Positions 52,089-64,000 of a stretch of DNA of 64,000 nt are shown here, piece by piece (positions within the stretch are counted from its first letter, which is position 1; each line of letters starts with the position of its first letter). The DNA comes from Mobula hypostoma. Its lineage: Eukaryota. The translations under genes and the position numbers were made by a program. The stretch lies in contig NC_086097.1 of assembly GCF_963921235.1 (NCBI RefSeq), forward strand, positions 204,044,001-204,108,000, written 5' to 3'. Below the pieces are notes generated by a model, which saw nothing but the letters and a program-made list of their open reading frames with translations, was not told the DNA's origin and searched no databases.

Positions 52089-53268
52089 CAACACACATCA
52101 AAGTTGCTGGTGAACGCAGCAGGCCAGGCAGCATCTATAGGAAGAGGTGCAGTCGACGTTTCAGGCCGAGACCCGTCGTCAGGACTAACTGAAGGAAGAG
52201 TGAGTAAGGGATTTGAAAGTTGGAGGGGGAGGGGGAGATCCAAAATGATAGGAGAAGACAGGAGGGGGAGGGATAGAGCCAAGAGCTGGACAGGTGATAG
52301 GCAAAAGGGGATACGAGAGGATCATGGGACAGGAGGTCCGGGAAGAAAGACGGGGGGGGGGACCCAGAGGATGGGCAAGAGGTATATTCAGAGGGACAGA
52401 GGGAGAAAAAGGAGAGTGAGAGAAAGAATGTGTGCATAAAAATAAGTAACAGATGGGGTACGAGGGGAGGTGGGGCCTTAGCGGAAGTTAGAGAAGGCGA
52501 TGTTCATGCCATCAGGTTGGAGGCTACCCAGACGGAATATAAGGTGTTGTTCCTCCAACCTGAGTGTGGCTTCATCTTTACAGTAGAGGAGGCCGTGAAT
52601 AGACATATCAGAATGGGAATGGGATGTGGAATTAAAATGTGTGGCCACTGGGAGATCCTGCTTTCTCTGGCGGACAGAGCGTAGATGTTCAGCAAAGCGG
52701 TCTCCCAGTCTGCGTCGGGTCTCGCCAATACATAAAAGGCCACATCGAGAGCACCGGACGCAGTATATCACCCCAGTCGACTCACAGGTGAAGTGTTGCC
52801 TCACCTGGAAGGACTGTTTGGGGCCCTGAATGGTGGTAAGGGAGGAAGTGTAAGGGCATGTGTAGCACTTGTTCCGCTTACTCAGATAAGTGCCAGGAGG
52901 GAGATCAGTGGGGAGGGATGGGGAGGACGAATGGACAAGGGAGTTACGTAGGGAGCGATCCCTGCGGAATGCAGAGGGGGGGGGAGGGAAAGATGTGCTT
53001 AGTGGTGGGATCCTGTTGGAGGTGGTGGAGGTTACGGAGAATAATATGTTGGACCCGGAGGCTGGTGGGGTAGTAGGTGAGGACCAGGGGAACCCTATTC
53101 CTAGTGGGGTGGTGGGAGGATAGAGTGAGAGCAGATGTACGTGAAATGGGGGAGATGCGTTTAAGAGCAGAGTCGATAGTGGAGGAAGGGAAGCCCCTTT
53201 CTTTAAAAAAGGAAGACATCTCCCTCGTCCTAGAATGAAAAGCCTCATCCTGAGAGCAGATGCGGCGG
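52089..53268 (-). mobile_element. Penelope-like element, left arm of inverted pair
   Basis: GIY-YIG ORF 52478..53278 (GVIYCVRCSRCGLLCIGETRRRLGDRFAEH..PDGMN). Confidence 0.9.
52151..52186 (-). ncRNA. Hammerhead ribozyme motif (stem II first pair mismatched)
   Basis: AGTC-CTGACGA-CGG..CCT-GAAACGTC-GACT. Confidence 0.65.
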
Positions 53269-53334
53269 CATCTGACATGTCTATTCACGGCCTCCTCCAC
53301 TGTAAAGATGAAGCCACACTCAGGTTGGAGGAAC

Positions 53335-54437
53335 CAACTCTGCTCTTAAACGCATCTCCCCCATTTCACGTACATCTGCTCTCACTCCATCCTCCCACCA
53401 CCCCACTAGGAATAGGGTTCCCCTGGTCCTCACCTACCACCCCACCAGCCTCCGGGTCCAACATATTATTCTCCGTAACTTCCCCCACCTCCAACAGGAT
53501 CCCACCACTAAGCACATCTTTCCCTCCCCCGCTCTCTCTGCATTCCGCAGGGATCGCTCCCTACGCAACTCCCTTGTCCATTCGTCCCCCCCATCCATCC
53601 CCACTGATCTCCCTCCTGGCACTTATCCGTGTAAGCGGAACAAGTGCTACACATGCCCTTACACTTCCTCCCTTACCACCATTCAGGGCCCCAAACAGTC
53701 CTTCCAGGTGAGGCAACACTTCACCTGTGAGTCGACTGGGGTGATATACTGCGTCCGGTGCTCCCGATGTGGCCTTTTATATATTGGCGAGACCCGACGC
53801 AGACTGGGAGACCGCTTTGCTGAACATCTACGCTCTGTCCGCCAGAGAAAGCAGGATCTCCCAGTGGCCACACATTTTAATTCCACATCCCATTCCCATT
53901 CTGACATGTCTATTCACGGCCTCCTCTACTGTAAAGATGAAGCCACACTCAGGTTGGAGGAACAACACCTTATATTCCGTCTGGGTAGCCTCCAACCTGA
54001 TGGCATGAACATCGACTTCTCTAACTTCCGCTAAGGCCCCACCTCCCCCTCGTACCCCATCTGTTACTTATTTTTATGCACACATTCTTTCTCTCACTCT
54101 CCTTTTTCTCCCTCTGTCCCTCTGAATATACCTCTTGCCCATCTTCTGGGTCCCCCCCCCCCACCCCCGTCTTTCTTCCCGGACCTCCTGTCCCATGATC
54201 CTCTCGTATCCCCTTTTGCCTATCACCTGTCCAGCTCTTGGCTCTATCCCTCCCCCTCCTGTCTTCTCCTATCATTTTGGATCTCCCCCTCCCCCTCCCC
54301 CTCCAACTTTCAAATCCCTTACTCACTCTTCCTTCAGTTAGTCCTGACGAAGGGTCTCGGCCTGAAACGTCAACTGCACCTCTTCCTACAGATGCTGCCT
54401 GGCCTGCTGCGTTCACCAGCAACTTTGATGTGTGTTG
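53335..54437 (+). mobile_element. Penelope-like element, right arm of inverted pair
   Basis: GIY-YIG ORF 53708..54034 (GVIYCVRCSRCGLLYIGET); reverse complement of 52089-~53175. Confidence 0.9.
54340..54375 (+). ncRNA. Hammerhead ribozyme motif (stem I first pair mismatched)
   Basis: AGTC-CTGACGA-AGG..CCT-GAAACGTC-AACT. Confidence 0.65.
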
Positions 54438-55887
54438 CTTTATCTATCCTGTCTGTTACTTCCTCAAAGAATTACAATAGATTTGTCAGGCAAGATTTCC
54501 CCTTAAGGAAACAATGCTGACTTGAACCTGCTTTATCATGTGCCTCCAAGTACCTCAAAACCTCATCCTTAATATGGACTCCAACAGCTTCCCAACCACT
54601 GAAGTCAGGATAACTGTCCTATAATTTCCTTTCTTTGGTCTCCCTCCTTTCTTCTTCTTAAACAGTGAAATGACATCTGCAATTTTCCATTCCCCCGGAA
54701 CTGTTCCAGAATCAAGTGATTCTTGAAAGGTCATTACTATTGCCTCCACAATCTCTTCAGCTACTCCTTTCAGAACACTGGTGTGTAGTCTATCTGCTCC
54801 AGGGGACTTATCTGCCTTGAGACCCTAAACTTTTCCAAGCACCTCTTCCTTACTAATAGCATCTACACTCACTTCTGCACCCTGACTCTCTTGAATTTCT
54901 GGCATTCTGTTCGTCTCTTCCATTGTGAAGAATGACACAAAATACTTATTAAGTTTGTCCACCGATTCTTTGTTCCTCATTACTACCTCTCCCATATCAT
55001 TTTCCAGAAGTTCAATATCCACTCTCGCCTCTTCTTGATATTTTTGGCTAGCATACCTTCATATTTTATCTTTTTCTCCTTATGGTTATTTTAGATGTCT
55101 TCTGTTGATTTTTAAAAGCTTCCCAATCCTTTGACTTTCCACTGAAGTTTGCTATATTATATGCCGTATCTTTGCTTTTATACTGTGTCTGACTTACCTT
55201 GTCACTCACAATTGCCTTATCCTCATTTTAGAATACTTCTTCATTTTTGGGATGTCCCTATCCTGTGCCTTTCAAATTGCCCCCAGAAACTCCAGCCATT
55301 GCTGTAATGCCATCATCCATGCTAGTGTTCCCTTCCAATCAACTTTGGCCAGCTCCTCTTTCATGCATCTGTATTCCCTTTTATTCCATTATAATACTGA
55401 TTTTGTAACTCTGTAACATCTGACTTTATTTTCTCCATATCAAACTATTACAACTGTGTCTGTGTCATATGGTAGACATTGGGGTGAGCTTTGATCTATT
55501 TGACACTAATTTAGCAACCGTATATATATTTTGCAAACATTATTGTTGCTAATAGTGAATATCCATAATATTGCTACCCCATGGGTGACTGAAATAAGAA
55601 AAAATATCCGTAAAATAGTTGCCTTCTCTCTTTAAATTCAGAAAAATATTTCAGCAGCTGATGCTGAATGTAACCATGATTATAATGCCAAAATAAAGAG
55701 CAGTTTATTGTGATTTGTAACAGATTCTTATATGTCAAATGCCATGCAATTCAATCATGTGAGCATGATTTGCTAAACTGCCAATTAAAATATTTTTTCT
55801 TTCATTTAGGGAACACTTGGACAGTAAAATCTATTTCTAGTTGCTGTAATGGTCAGAAAGTACATAATTTAATAAAGAACATAAGTT

Positions 55888-56482
55888 TGGTATCAGAATT
55901 AGGGTTATTATCACTGACATGCGGTATGTCATGAAATTTGTTTTTTGGCAACAGTACTGCATAAGACATAAAAATTACTGTAAGTTACAATAAAGAGTTA
56001 CATAAATACTGCAAAGGAATAGTGAGGTAGTGGCCATGGGTTCACGGACCATTAGAAGTCTGGTGGTGAAAGGGAAGAAGCCATTCCTAAGATGTTGAAT
56101 GTACCTCATCAGGTTCCTGTACCTCCTCCTTGGTGGTAGTAATTAGAATGATAGATTCCACCTTCTTGATTTGCAGCCTTTTGTTGATGTCCTTGATGGG
56201 GGTGGTGGGGGAGGTTTGTGTTCGTGATGGAGCTGGTTGAGTCTACAGTCCTCTGCAGTTCTTTTGACCCTGTGCTTGGGAGTTTCCATATCAGGTGGTA
56301 ATGCATCCAGTGACAATGCTGTCCTTGGTACATCTACAGAAATGTGCTAGTTTTCGGTGACATGTCAAATCTCCTTGAACTGCAACTTAAATATAGTTGC
56401 AGCTCTGCCTTCTTTGTGTTTGCATCAATATGTTAGGCCCAGGGTAGATCCTCTGACATGCTGACACCCAGAAACTCGAAGT
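55888..56482 (-). mobile_element. Rex/Babar-type LINE 3' end, decayed
   Basis: Similar to 16304-17000 (ggtttattatcactgac, ttcctgtacctc). Confidence 0.7.
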
Positions 56483-57128
56483 TTGAGGTATTTAAGCATT
56501 ATTGTACAGCAATAGGTTATATAAATTTATTCAGGTCATTACTCAATTAATTGCTGAGATTCTACACTGTTAATTCATGAGATGTGACACTCACAAGCAA
56601 GCACGAGCACCAATTGTCTCAGGGAAGGCAGTGGTGAACTGCAGTTCAATTGGAGAAAGTGCTTTTAAAGTGGTAGTGTGTTTGAGGGTTTTTTATATTG
56701 ATGGTGCTTGGCATGTACCTGCTGCCCTTATCCTTCTATAATGTGGAGATAGAGGGGCACTGTGTTACAATAATACTGTTAAAGAAAGATCATTGAACTG
56801 CTGCAGAGTTTGTTTTAACTAGGAATATGTCCATTCTGCCCAGATCAAAAGGAGTGAATGCTTAAAGTGGTGACTTATCCTCAGAAGTACCAGTCTTATT
56901 GAGTATTGAAGCTACACTAACCTGGTCAAGTGGGGAACGTTGCATAATACCCCTAATGCACCTTGTAAGTGGTCGAAAGAGTTAGGAGGCTTAAGGGGTA
57001 AGCTAGTCACTTTAGAATGGCCAGACTGTGTTTGATTTACTTTATTAGCCAATATGTAGAAGGTAATATCAGGGAGACCATGCTAGAAATCTTTACGACA
57101 ATGGGCTAAAGCTTACGTAATGTACATA

Positions 57129-58020
57129 GACTGGCATGCAAAAGTTTGGGCACCCCGGTCAAAAAATTCTATTTTATGTTCATCAGTCCACAGGACTTGT
57201 TTCCAAAATGTGTCAGTTTTGTTTAGATGTTCCTTTGCACCTTTTGAATAGAAATTCTTGGCCGCAATGAGCAAAGGTATGTTTGGAGAAAAAAGGGTGC
57301 AGAATTTCATGCAAAGATCCCCTCTCCAACTGTTAAGCACGGGGGTGGATCGATCATGCTTTGGGCTTGTGTTGCAGCCAGTGGCACAGGGAATATTTAC
57401 TGCTAGAGGGAAGAATGAATTCAATTCAATACCAGCAAATTCTGGAAGCAAACATCACACCGTCTGTAATAAAGCCGAAGATGAGAAGAGGATGGCTTCT
57501 ACAACAGGATAATGATCCTAAACACACCTCAAAATCTATAATGGACTACCTCAAGAGACGCAAGCTGAAGGTTTTGCCATGACCCTCACAGTCCCCCGAC
57601 CTAAACATCATCGAGAATCTGTGGATAGACCTCAAAAGAGCAGTGCATGCAAGTCGACCCAAGAATCCCACAGAACTAGAAGACTTTTGCAAGGAAGAAT
57701 GGGCAGAAATCCCCCAAACAAGAATTGAAAGACTCTTAGCTGGCTACAAAAGGCATTTACAAGCTGTGATACTTGCCAAAGAGGGTGTTACTAAGTACTG
57801 CCATGCAGGGTGCCCAAACTTTTGCTTCGGGCCCTTTTCCTTTTATTATTATTTTGAAACTGTGAAAGATGGAAATAAAAAAGTTCTCTTGCTTAAAATA
57901 TTAAAGAAATGTGTCATCTTTAACTTTATGCCTTTGGAAATCAGTTCATCTTTTACTCGCTTAGCTATTCACAGTAACAGAAATTTTGACCAGGGGTGCC
58001 CAAACTTTTGCATGCCACTG
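57129..58020 (+). mobile_element. Tc1-family DNA transposon, internally deleted and rearranged
   Basis: TIRs tggcatgcaaaagtttgggcacccc / ggggtgcccaaacttttgcatgccactg, TA on both flanks; DDE remnants QQDNDPKH and SPDLNIIENLW; inner direct repeat at ~57808. Confidence 0.88.
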
Positions 58021-59036
58021 TAGCTCTGGTCACAGGAATGATTGGATGCATGAGAGAGGGTGAAAAGGATATTTGTGATATTGACAGGCTGAGGAAGGAT
58101 TGGGTTGATGAGAGTCAGGGTGGGCATCAGGCTAGATGATCCATCCTGGTATTTTCATTCAATCTGTAATGCACAGGGTATAGGAGAGAGTTGTGGCACG
58201 TCTGCGCCAGTGAGCCTTACAATGTGTCAGTGCACACATTTTAGTTTTATGTTCATTTCAGTTTTCTGAAATATCTTTTTCTGCCTCTATTCAACAGCAT
58301 AGATATTTATCGTAAAAGGTGTTGTAATTCCAGGGTACTGGGTGGGTGGGTCAGATGTTTGAGTAATAAATGGTGGATGTGGGTTGGGGGTGTTGGTGCC
58401 AATGTGCCATTGTTGAATCTGCAAAGCTCTCTTTCCCTAAATATCCTGCATCCACATGATTCTTAACAATAAATCAGGGTAACCTAGACCTATTTCACCG
58501 TCAATATTTTCAGAATTAGGTTTATTTATCACTGGTATATGTCATGAAATTTATTGTTTTGTGGCAGTAATACATTGCAATGCATAATAATAAAAAATAT
58601 AAATTACAATATATATAAAATTAAATGAGTAGTACAGGAAGAGAGGGAAAAGTACTGAGGTAGTGTTCATGCGTTCATTGTCCATTCAGAAATCGGATGG
58701 CAGAGGGAAGAAGCTGATCCTGAAATGCTGAGTGTGTGTCTTCAGACTCCTGTACCTCTTTGATGGTAGTAAGGAGAAGAGGGCATGTCCTGGGTGATGG
58801 GTGTCCTTAATGATGGATGCTGCCTTTTTGAGGTGTCCTGGATGCTGGGGAGACTAGTGCCCATGATGGAGCTGGCTGAGTTTACAACTTTCTGCAGCTT
58901 TTTTTGATCCTGTGCAGTGCCTCCTCCATACCAGATGGTGATGGAACCGGTTAGAATGCTCTCCACGGAACATCTATAGAGATCTGCGAGTGTCTTTGTA
59001 GACATACCAATTCTCCTCAAACTTCTCATGAAATAT

Positions 59037-59233
59037 CCCGCTTGGTGGCACAATAATATCAGTGCCGGACTCTGGAGCGAAGGTTCCCAAGTTCGAATCC
59101 AAGTTGGGTTGAGTGTCAAGCTGGCAATTCGGCCTTGTAAAAACAAGAATAGTTTGAAACGGAAACACCATCATGACAATGCCCCAATAACTCCACTGCT
59201 GTGTTAAGGGCTATTCCTTTTTTTCCTTCTTCT
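59037..59233 (+). mobile_element. tRNA-derived SINE (~195 bp)
   Basis: A-box-like tggcacaata; B box GTTCGAATCC at 59091-59100; T/(ctt) tail; TSD ATGAAATAT at 59028-59036 and 59235-59243. Confidence 0.7.
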
Positions 59234-60629
59234 AATGAAATATAGTGGCCTTCTTTGTAACTGCATTAATATGCTGGGCACAGTATAGATCATTAGAGAC
59301 ACCCAGGAATTTTAAACTGCTCACCCTTTCCAATTCTGATCCCTTGATGAGAATTAGTGTGTGTTCCCTTGACTTACTCTTCCTGAAGTCCACAATCAAT
59401 TTATTGGTCTTACTGGCATTGAGTGCAAGGTTGTTGCAACACCTCACCACTCAACTAGCTAATCTATCTCACTCCTGTACACCTCTTCATCACCATCTGA
59501 AATTCTGCCAACATAGTTGTGTCATTGGCAAATTTATAGATGGTGCTTGAGCTGTGCTGAGCTGATGGGTATCGAGAGAAGAACAGTAGGCTAAGCATGC
59601 ATCCTTGTGGTGTGCTGGTGTTGATTGTCAGTGAGGAGGAGATGTAATTTCCGATCCTTGAAGTCTGTGGTCTCCCGGTGAGGAAGTTGAGGATCCAGTT
59701 GCAGAGAGAGGTAGGTAGCCCAGGTTTTTGTGCTTGTACTGAGAACTGAGGGTATGATTGTGTTGAACTCCGAGTACTAGTCAATAAACAGCTGCCTGAT
59801 GTAGGTATTACTATTTTCCAGGTGATCCAAGGCCAAGTGGAGAACCATTGAGATTGCATCTGTTGTAGACTGATTGTGGCAATAGGTAAACTGTAGCAGG
59901 CCCAGGTCCTTGGGCAGGAGTTGATTCTCGCCATGCTCAACCTCTCAACGCAGTTCACCACTGTAGAAGTGAGTTCAACTGGGTGGTAGCCATTGAGACA
60001 ACTCACCCCACTCTCTTTGGGCACTAGTATGATTGTTGCTCTTTTGAATTAGATGGGACCCTCCAACTGCAGCAGTGAGAGATTGAAGATGTTCTTGCAC
60101 ACACTCCTGCCAGCTGGTTGGCACAGGTTTTCAGTGCCTAACCAGGTACACTATCAGGGCCTGATGTCTTGCGAGGGTTCACCCTCTTGAAGGGCAGCTT
60201 GACGTTGGCCTCTGATACAGAGATCACGGTGTCACCAGCAACTGCAGGGGTTCACACAGGTGTAGCTTTATTCTCCTTTTCAAAGCATTGAGCTGATCTG
60301 GGAGGGAAGTATCACAGCCATTCATGGTGTTAGGTTTGGCTTTGTGGGAGGTAATGGCCTGCAAACCCTGCAGAGCTGATATGCATCTGATTCCATCTCT
60401 AGCCTCAATTGGAATTATATTTTTGCCCATAAAATAGCCTTCTATAGGTTGTACCTGGACTTATTGTCTAGTTCTGGATCTCCATCTAAATGCCACAAAT
60501 CTGGCTCTCGGCAGACTGCAAATCTCCTGCTTCATCCATGGCTTTTGATTTGAGTATGTCTGATATGTTCTCGAAGGCACACACTCATCCACACAGGTTT
60601 TGATGAAGTCAGTGGCAACTGTGGCGTAT

Positions 60630-61830
60630 TAGACCATAAGACCATAAGATATAGGAGCAGAAGTAGGCCATTCAGCCCATTGAGTCTGCTCTGCTGTTCA
60701 ATCATGGGCTGATCCAATTCTTCCAGTCATCCCCACTCCCCTGCTTTCACCCCATACCCTTTGATGCCCTGGCTAATCAAGAACCTATCTAACTCACCCT
60801 TAAGAGCACCCAATGACTTGGCCTCCACTCATGGCGACAAATTCCACAGATTTGCCACCTTCTGACTAAAGTAATTTCTCCGCATCTCTGTTCTAAATGG
60901 ACGTCCTTCAATCCTGAAGTCGTGCCCTCTTGGGGAATAACTTTGCCATATCTAATCTGTTCAGGCCTTGTAACATTCGGAATATTCCTATGAGATCTCC
61001 CCTCATTCTCCTGAACTCCAGGGAATACAGCCCAAGAGCTGCCAAACATTCCTCATACGTGTAGCCCACTGGTCAGCCTCATGCTCGCTCAGCTCGCTTT
61101 CGTCTAGGGGGAGCAGCCTTTGGCCCCGCCAAACTGGGTAATCAGTTTGTGTAGATGCTGTGTGATGTACCTCACCACGCCAAATATCAGACAGTACACC
61201 ATATGCGATTAAATGATTACACTTTATAAATCTTACTGGAACTATGTAATTAATAGAGATACAATATAAAAGGAAAGTAAAAGCCGCCAAACTTATCAGA
61301 GTTCAACCACTTTGTGCACAACAGTTGGAGCTCAATTAATGGAGTCTTCTTTCCACCACTCGATCCCCTCCGACCCCCTCGACCCGCTGCCTGGGATCAA
61401 CCACGGTGGTCGACCAGACGCTCCACATGAGTCTGTCCTCATCTCCTCTCCTCGCTGAAGACCCTGGGCCTGGACTCCCGCTCGGGGTCTGTTCCGTCGC
61501 CCAGCTTACAGCATCGCGTCTCCTCACTCTGTCCCCATTGCACCTTCTCTCCAAAGCCCGCGAAAACAATAGGTTACTGACACACAAGAAAGAATAAGAT
61601 CTATCCCAATTAGTTAGCAAATGAATACAATTCTCGGTAACAATAATATAACCCAAACAAGCTGCTAGAGAGAGAACCACTGTCTCAGCAGTTGACATCA
61701 CAGAGAAGCCATTTTATTTTTAACATAACAAAGAAACCATTTTTATTAGCCTTAGCAGTAACATAAAAGAAGAAACTCCTTACATACGGTAACCCTTTTA
61801 TTCCTTGTGAATCTTCTCTGAACCCTCTCA
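60630..61830 (-). mobile_element. CR1 3' end split by a solo LTR
   Basis: (accataag)n tail at ~60632; host cctcatacg|gtaaccc rejoins across the LTR. Confidence 0.8.
61060..61784. mobile_element. Solo LTR (725 bp)
   Basis: TGTAG..TTACA termini; 4-bp TSD TACG at 61056-61059 and 61785-61788. Confidence 0.8.
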
Positions 61831-62909
61831 GACATGAAGATGAATCCCTGAATATTGTTCAGTCTACTGACAGAAAGCAGTCCTGTAAACTCAGCCTCTC
61901 CTGACCATACCTTCTTGGTCTTCACCACTGATGCTGCAGTCTTTAGTCTCTGTCTGTATGCTGGGAGTAGAAGTATAGCCAGGTGATTGGACTTTCCAAA
62001 GTGCGGGCGTGGGATGGTATATTAAGCATTCTTGACGGTAGTATAACAGTGTGTTGGCTCCTCTGGTTCTACGGGTGATGTGTTGCTGTCAGTTGTTCAG
62101 AGCCTTCTTCCAGCTGGACTGGTTGAAATCTCCCGTTAACCATTAACCCATCGCACCCAGTGCTCAGCTTGTGCACACTCACCTGTGCGTTTTCCTGGGT
62201 TTTACCAAGCACCAAACCAAATTCCAGGCACCTGTCAACTGATGGACAACTCCATTAGAAGGATACTATTTTTAAGGCATCTGTTACAGTGTTTAAGGGG
62301 AAAGGAGTTAACAACTTGGTTTAGTACAATTACTGTACACTAAACTGAAATGAAAGTATTCTAGTTTTCAGATTTCTGGTCGGTGCTGAGGTTTTACTGC
62401 CAGTGGATCATGTGGATGAAGATGAAACAAATTCAATGTATTGCTGGGGTTTCAATTCAGACGCATTTGTTACTTTACACTAAGCCAACCTCTCTAGTGG
62501 CACCTCCTGGACAATTACCCACTCTTCACTGAGGATTTTCACGAAATAGACATCACTTGGAAAGAAAATCCTTAAATGTATCTGAGGCATTAAAAAAAAG
62601 CGGGGGTGACAACTTGCTTCAAGTATCAGATGTAACAATTACTCTTCAAATATAGCACAGATAATATTACCGTCATTGAACATAATCAGTTCTTAAAGTG
62701 TAAATTAGTGCTTATTACATTGACAGTATTCTCCATGCATTTAAATAGGTTATAAATCTATCATTTTGCAGATGATAAATTTCATTATGAAATATCTTGC
62801 ATATTGATGCTTTACTTAGCATGAATAAAGTAGATTTTTGTTATTTTGTCAAAGAATACAGCAAAAATATACGAGAAGCTGAGGTTCAGTTAGCCTCCCT
62901 TGTTGACTT

Positions 62910-62927
62910 CAGCGCCCCCTGCTGCTG
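62910..62927 (-). promoter_or_regulatory. CTCF-type motif
   Basis: Minus reads CAGCAGCAGGGGGCGCTG, close to the CTCF core, in otherwise AT-rich unique DNA. Confidence 0.55.
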
Positions 62928-63777
62928 AATTCTTTCCAACTCTGACACCTTTCCTTACTTTGCAGAGAGATTAAGGAAAGGTGTAAAAATAATAGGATAG
63001 TTGTCATGGGAGACATCACCTTCCCTAATATAAACTGGGACCTTCTGAGTGCAAGAGGTTCACATAGCACCCAGAGAAAACCCACATGGTCAAAGAAGGA
63101 GAACGTACAAACTCCTTACAGATGACGTTGTAATTGACCTCTGAACTCCAACATCCCAAGCTGTAATTGTTATGTTACTGTGGCTGAAAGTTACTTCAGA
63201 AAGGACTTGGATAAATGTTTAATGTGGGTAAAATTGCATTAACCTGGAGTAAACACAGGGGTTGGGATTAATGGCATGGTTGTGTAGTGATTGGCATAAA
63301 ACTACTACAGGGCCATTTACCATGCTGTATCTCTAAATAAATAAATAAAACAAATGTCCTTTTGCTATGCTGAATGAATGGAAGAGCTTATTGAATAAAA
63401 TATGATCATCACTATTGCCATTCACTTTTATCACAACCATCTCCTTTGTTCCTTCCCTCACCTGTTGTTTTCTTTTACTCTGTAATTGTTAATAAACTGT
63501 TAACAAGGTTGGGAGGTGGATGATTGAATTTAACCCCTGAGAGAGGATGGGGTAATTAAATCTACAAGTCATTCATCTAATCATATTTATGTCTTAAATA
63601 ACTCTTCCAGGAGAGGGCAGCACTCCACGGCCTGTCCATTGAAAATATCTATCATCAGAATCCACCATTTCTTTCTGTTGCATCACCACGTATCCTTGAG
63701 ACAATCTTTTCATTCCTCATATATGGAGTCCTCTGGGGGACTATTTTTAACCTGCTTCAGTCCCTACGTACTATAAA

Positions 63778-63872
63778 CAACACACACAAAATGCTGGAGG
63801 AACCCAGCAGGCCAGGCAGCATCTACGGAAAAGAGTAATCAGTTGACATTTTGAGCCGAGACCCTTCATCAG
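63778..63872 (-). repeat. Solo PLE terminus with degenerate hammerhead
   Basis: Minus reads CTGATGAAGGGTCTCGGCTCAAAATGTCAACT..GATGCTGCCTGGCCTGCTGGGTTCCTCCAGCATTTTGTGTGTGTT. Confidence 0.7.
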
Positions 63873-64000
63873 AGCAATGTCCATTCAGAAATTATTGACT
63901 CTGTGCCTTCAGGCTCCTGTACCTCCTTCATAAGAATTCCTGCTTGCTGTGCTGAATAAAGGCTTCCATATCACTAACTTCAATGACTCTCCTGTGACTT

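Larger units (their letters stand above)
50900..55445 (-). mobile_element. CR1 (minus) interrupted by the inverted PLE pair
   Basis: ORFs 51259..51714, 51777..52094, 54555..54749, 54825..55022; (ccataaga)n tail. Confidence 0.85.
58512..62135 (-). mobile_element. Long decayed Rex1/Babar LINE with nested SINE, CR1 and solo LTR
   Basis: ORFs 58742..59146, 59232..59450, 59464..60024; APE remnant GDFNQ near 62120-62134. Confidence 0.8.

Noticed and set aside
59037..59110. Functional tRNA gene
   Set aside because: No convincing cloverleaf; has a TSD and tail, so a SINE

Overview
Vertebrate genomic DNA. The repeat complement (abundant CR1, Rex1/Babar and Penelope-like elements, V-SINE-like relics) suggests a cartilaginous fish, but that is an inference. 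The only host gene I can support is a compact three-exon Snail-family zinc-finger gene on the minus strand (CDS 29334->27546, 284 aa, SNAG domain plus 5 zinc fingers, closest to SNAI2/Slug but with a divergent central region). It sits in a ~7 kb transposon-free zone with a CpG-rich promoter. Most of the rest is nested, decayed transposable elements: CR1, Rex1/Babar, an L1 with a 5' inversion, RTE, Tc1, a Gypsy/chromovirus-type LTR element spanning 31685-41574, a solo LTR, SINEs and Penelope-like elements (PLEs). The most notable non-coding signal is a set of minimal type-I hammerhead ribozyme motifs with a conserved downstream hairpin at PLE ends. One PLE insertion is a ~2.35 kb inverted pair with a ribozyme at each outer end. 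Repeat boundaries were read by eye and are approximate unless junction bases are quoted.
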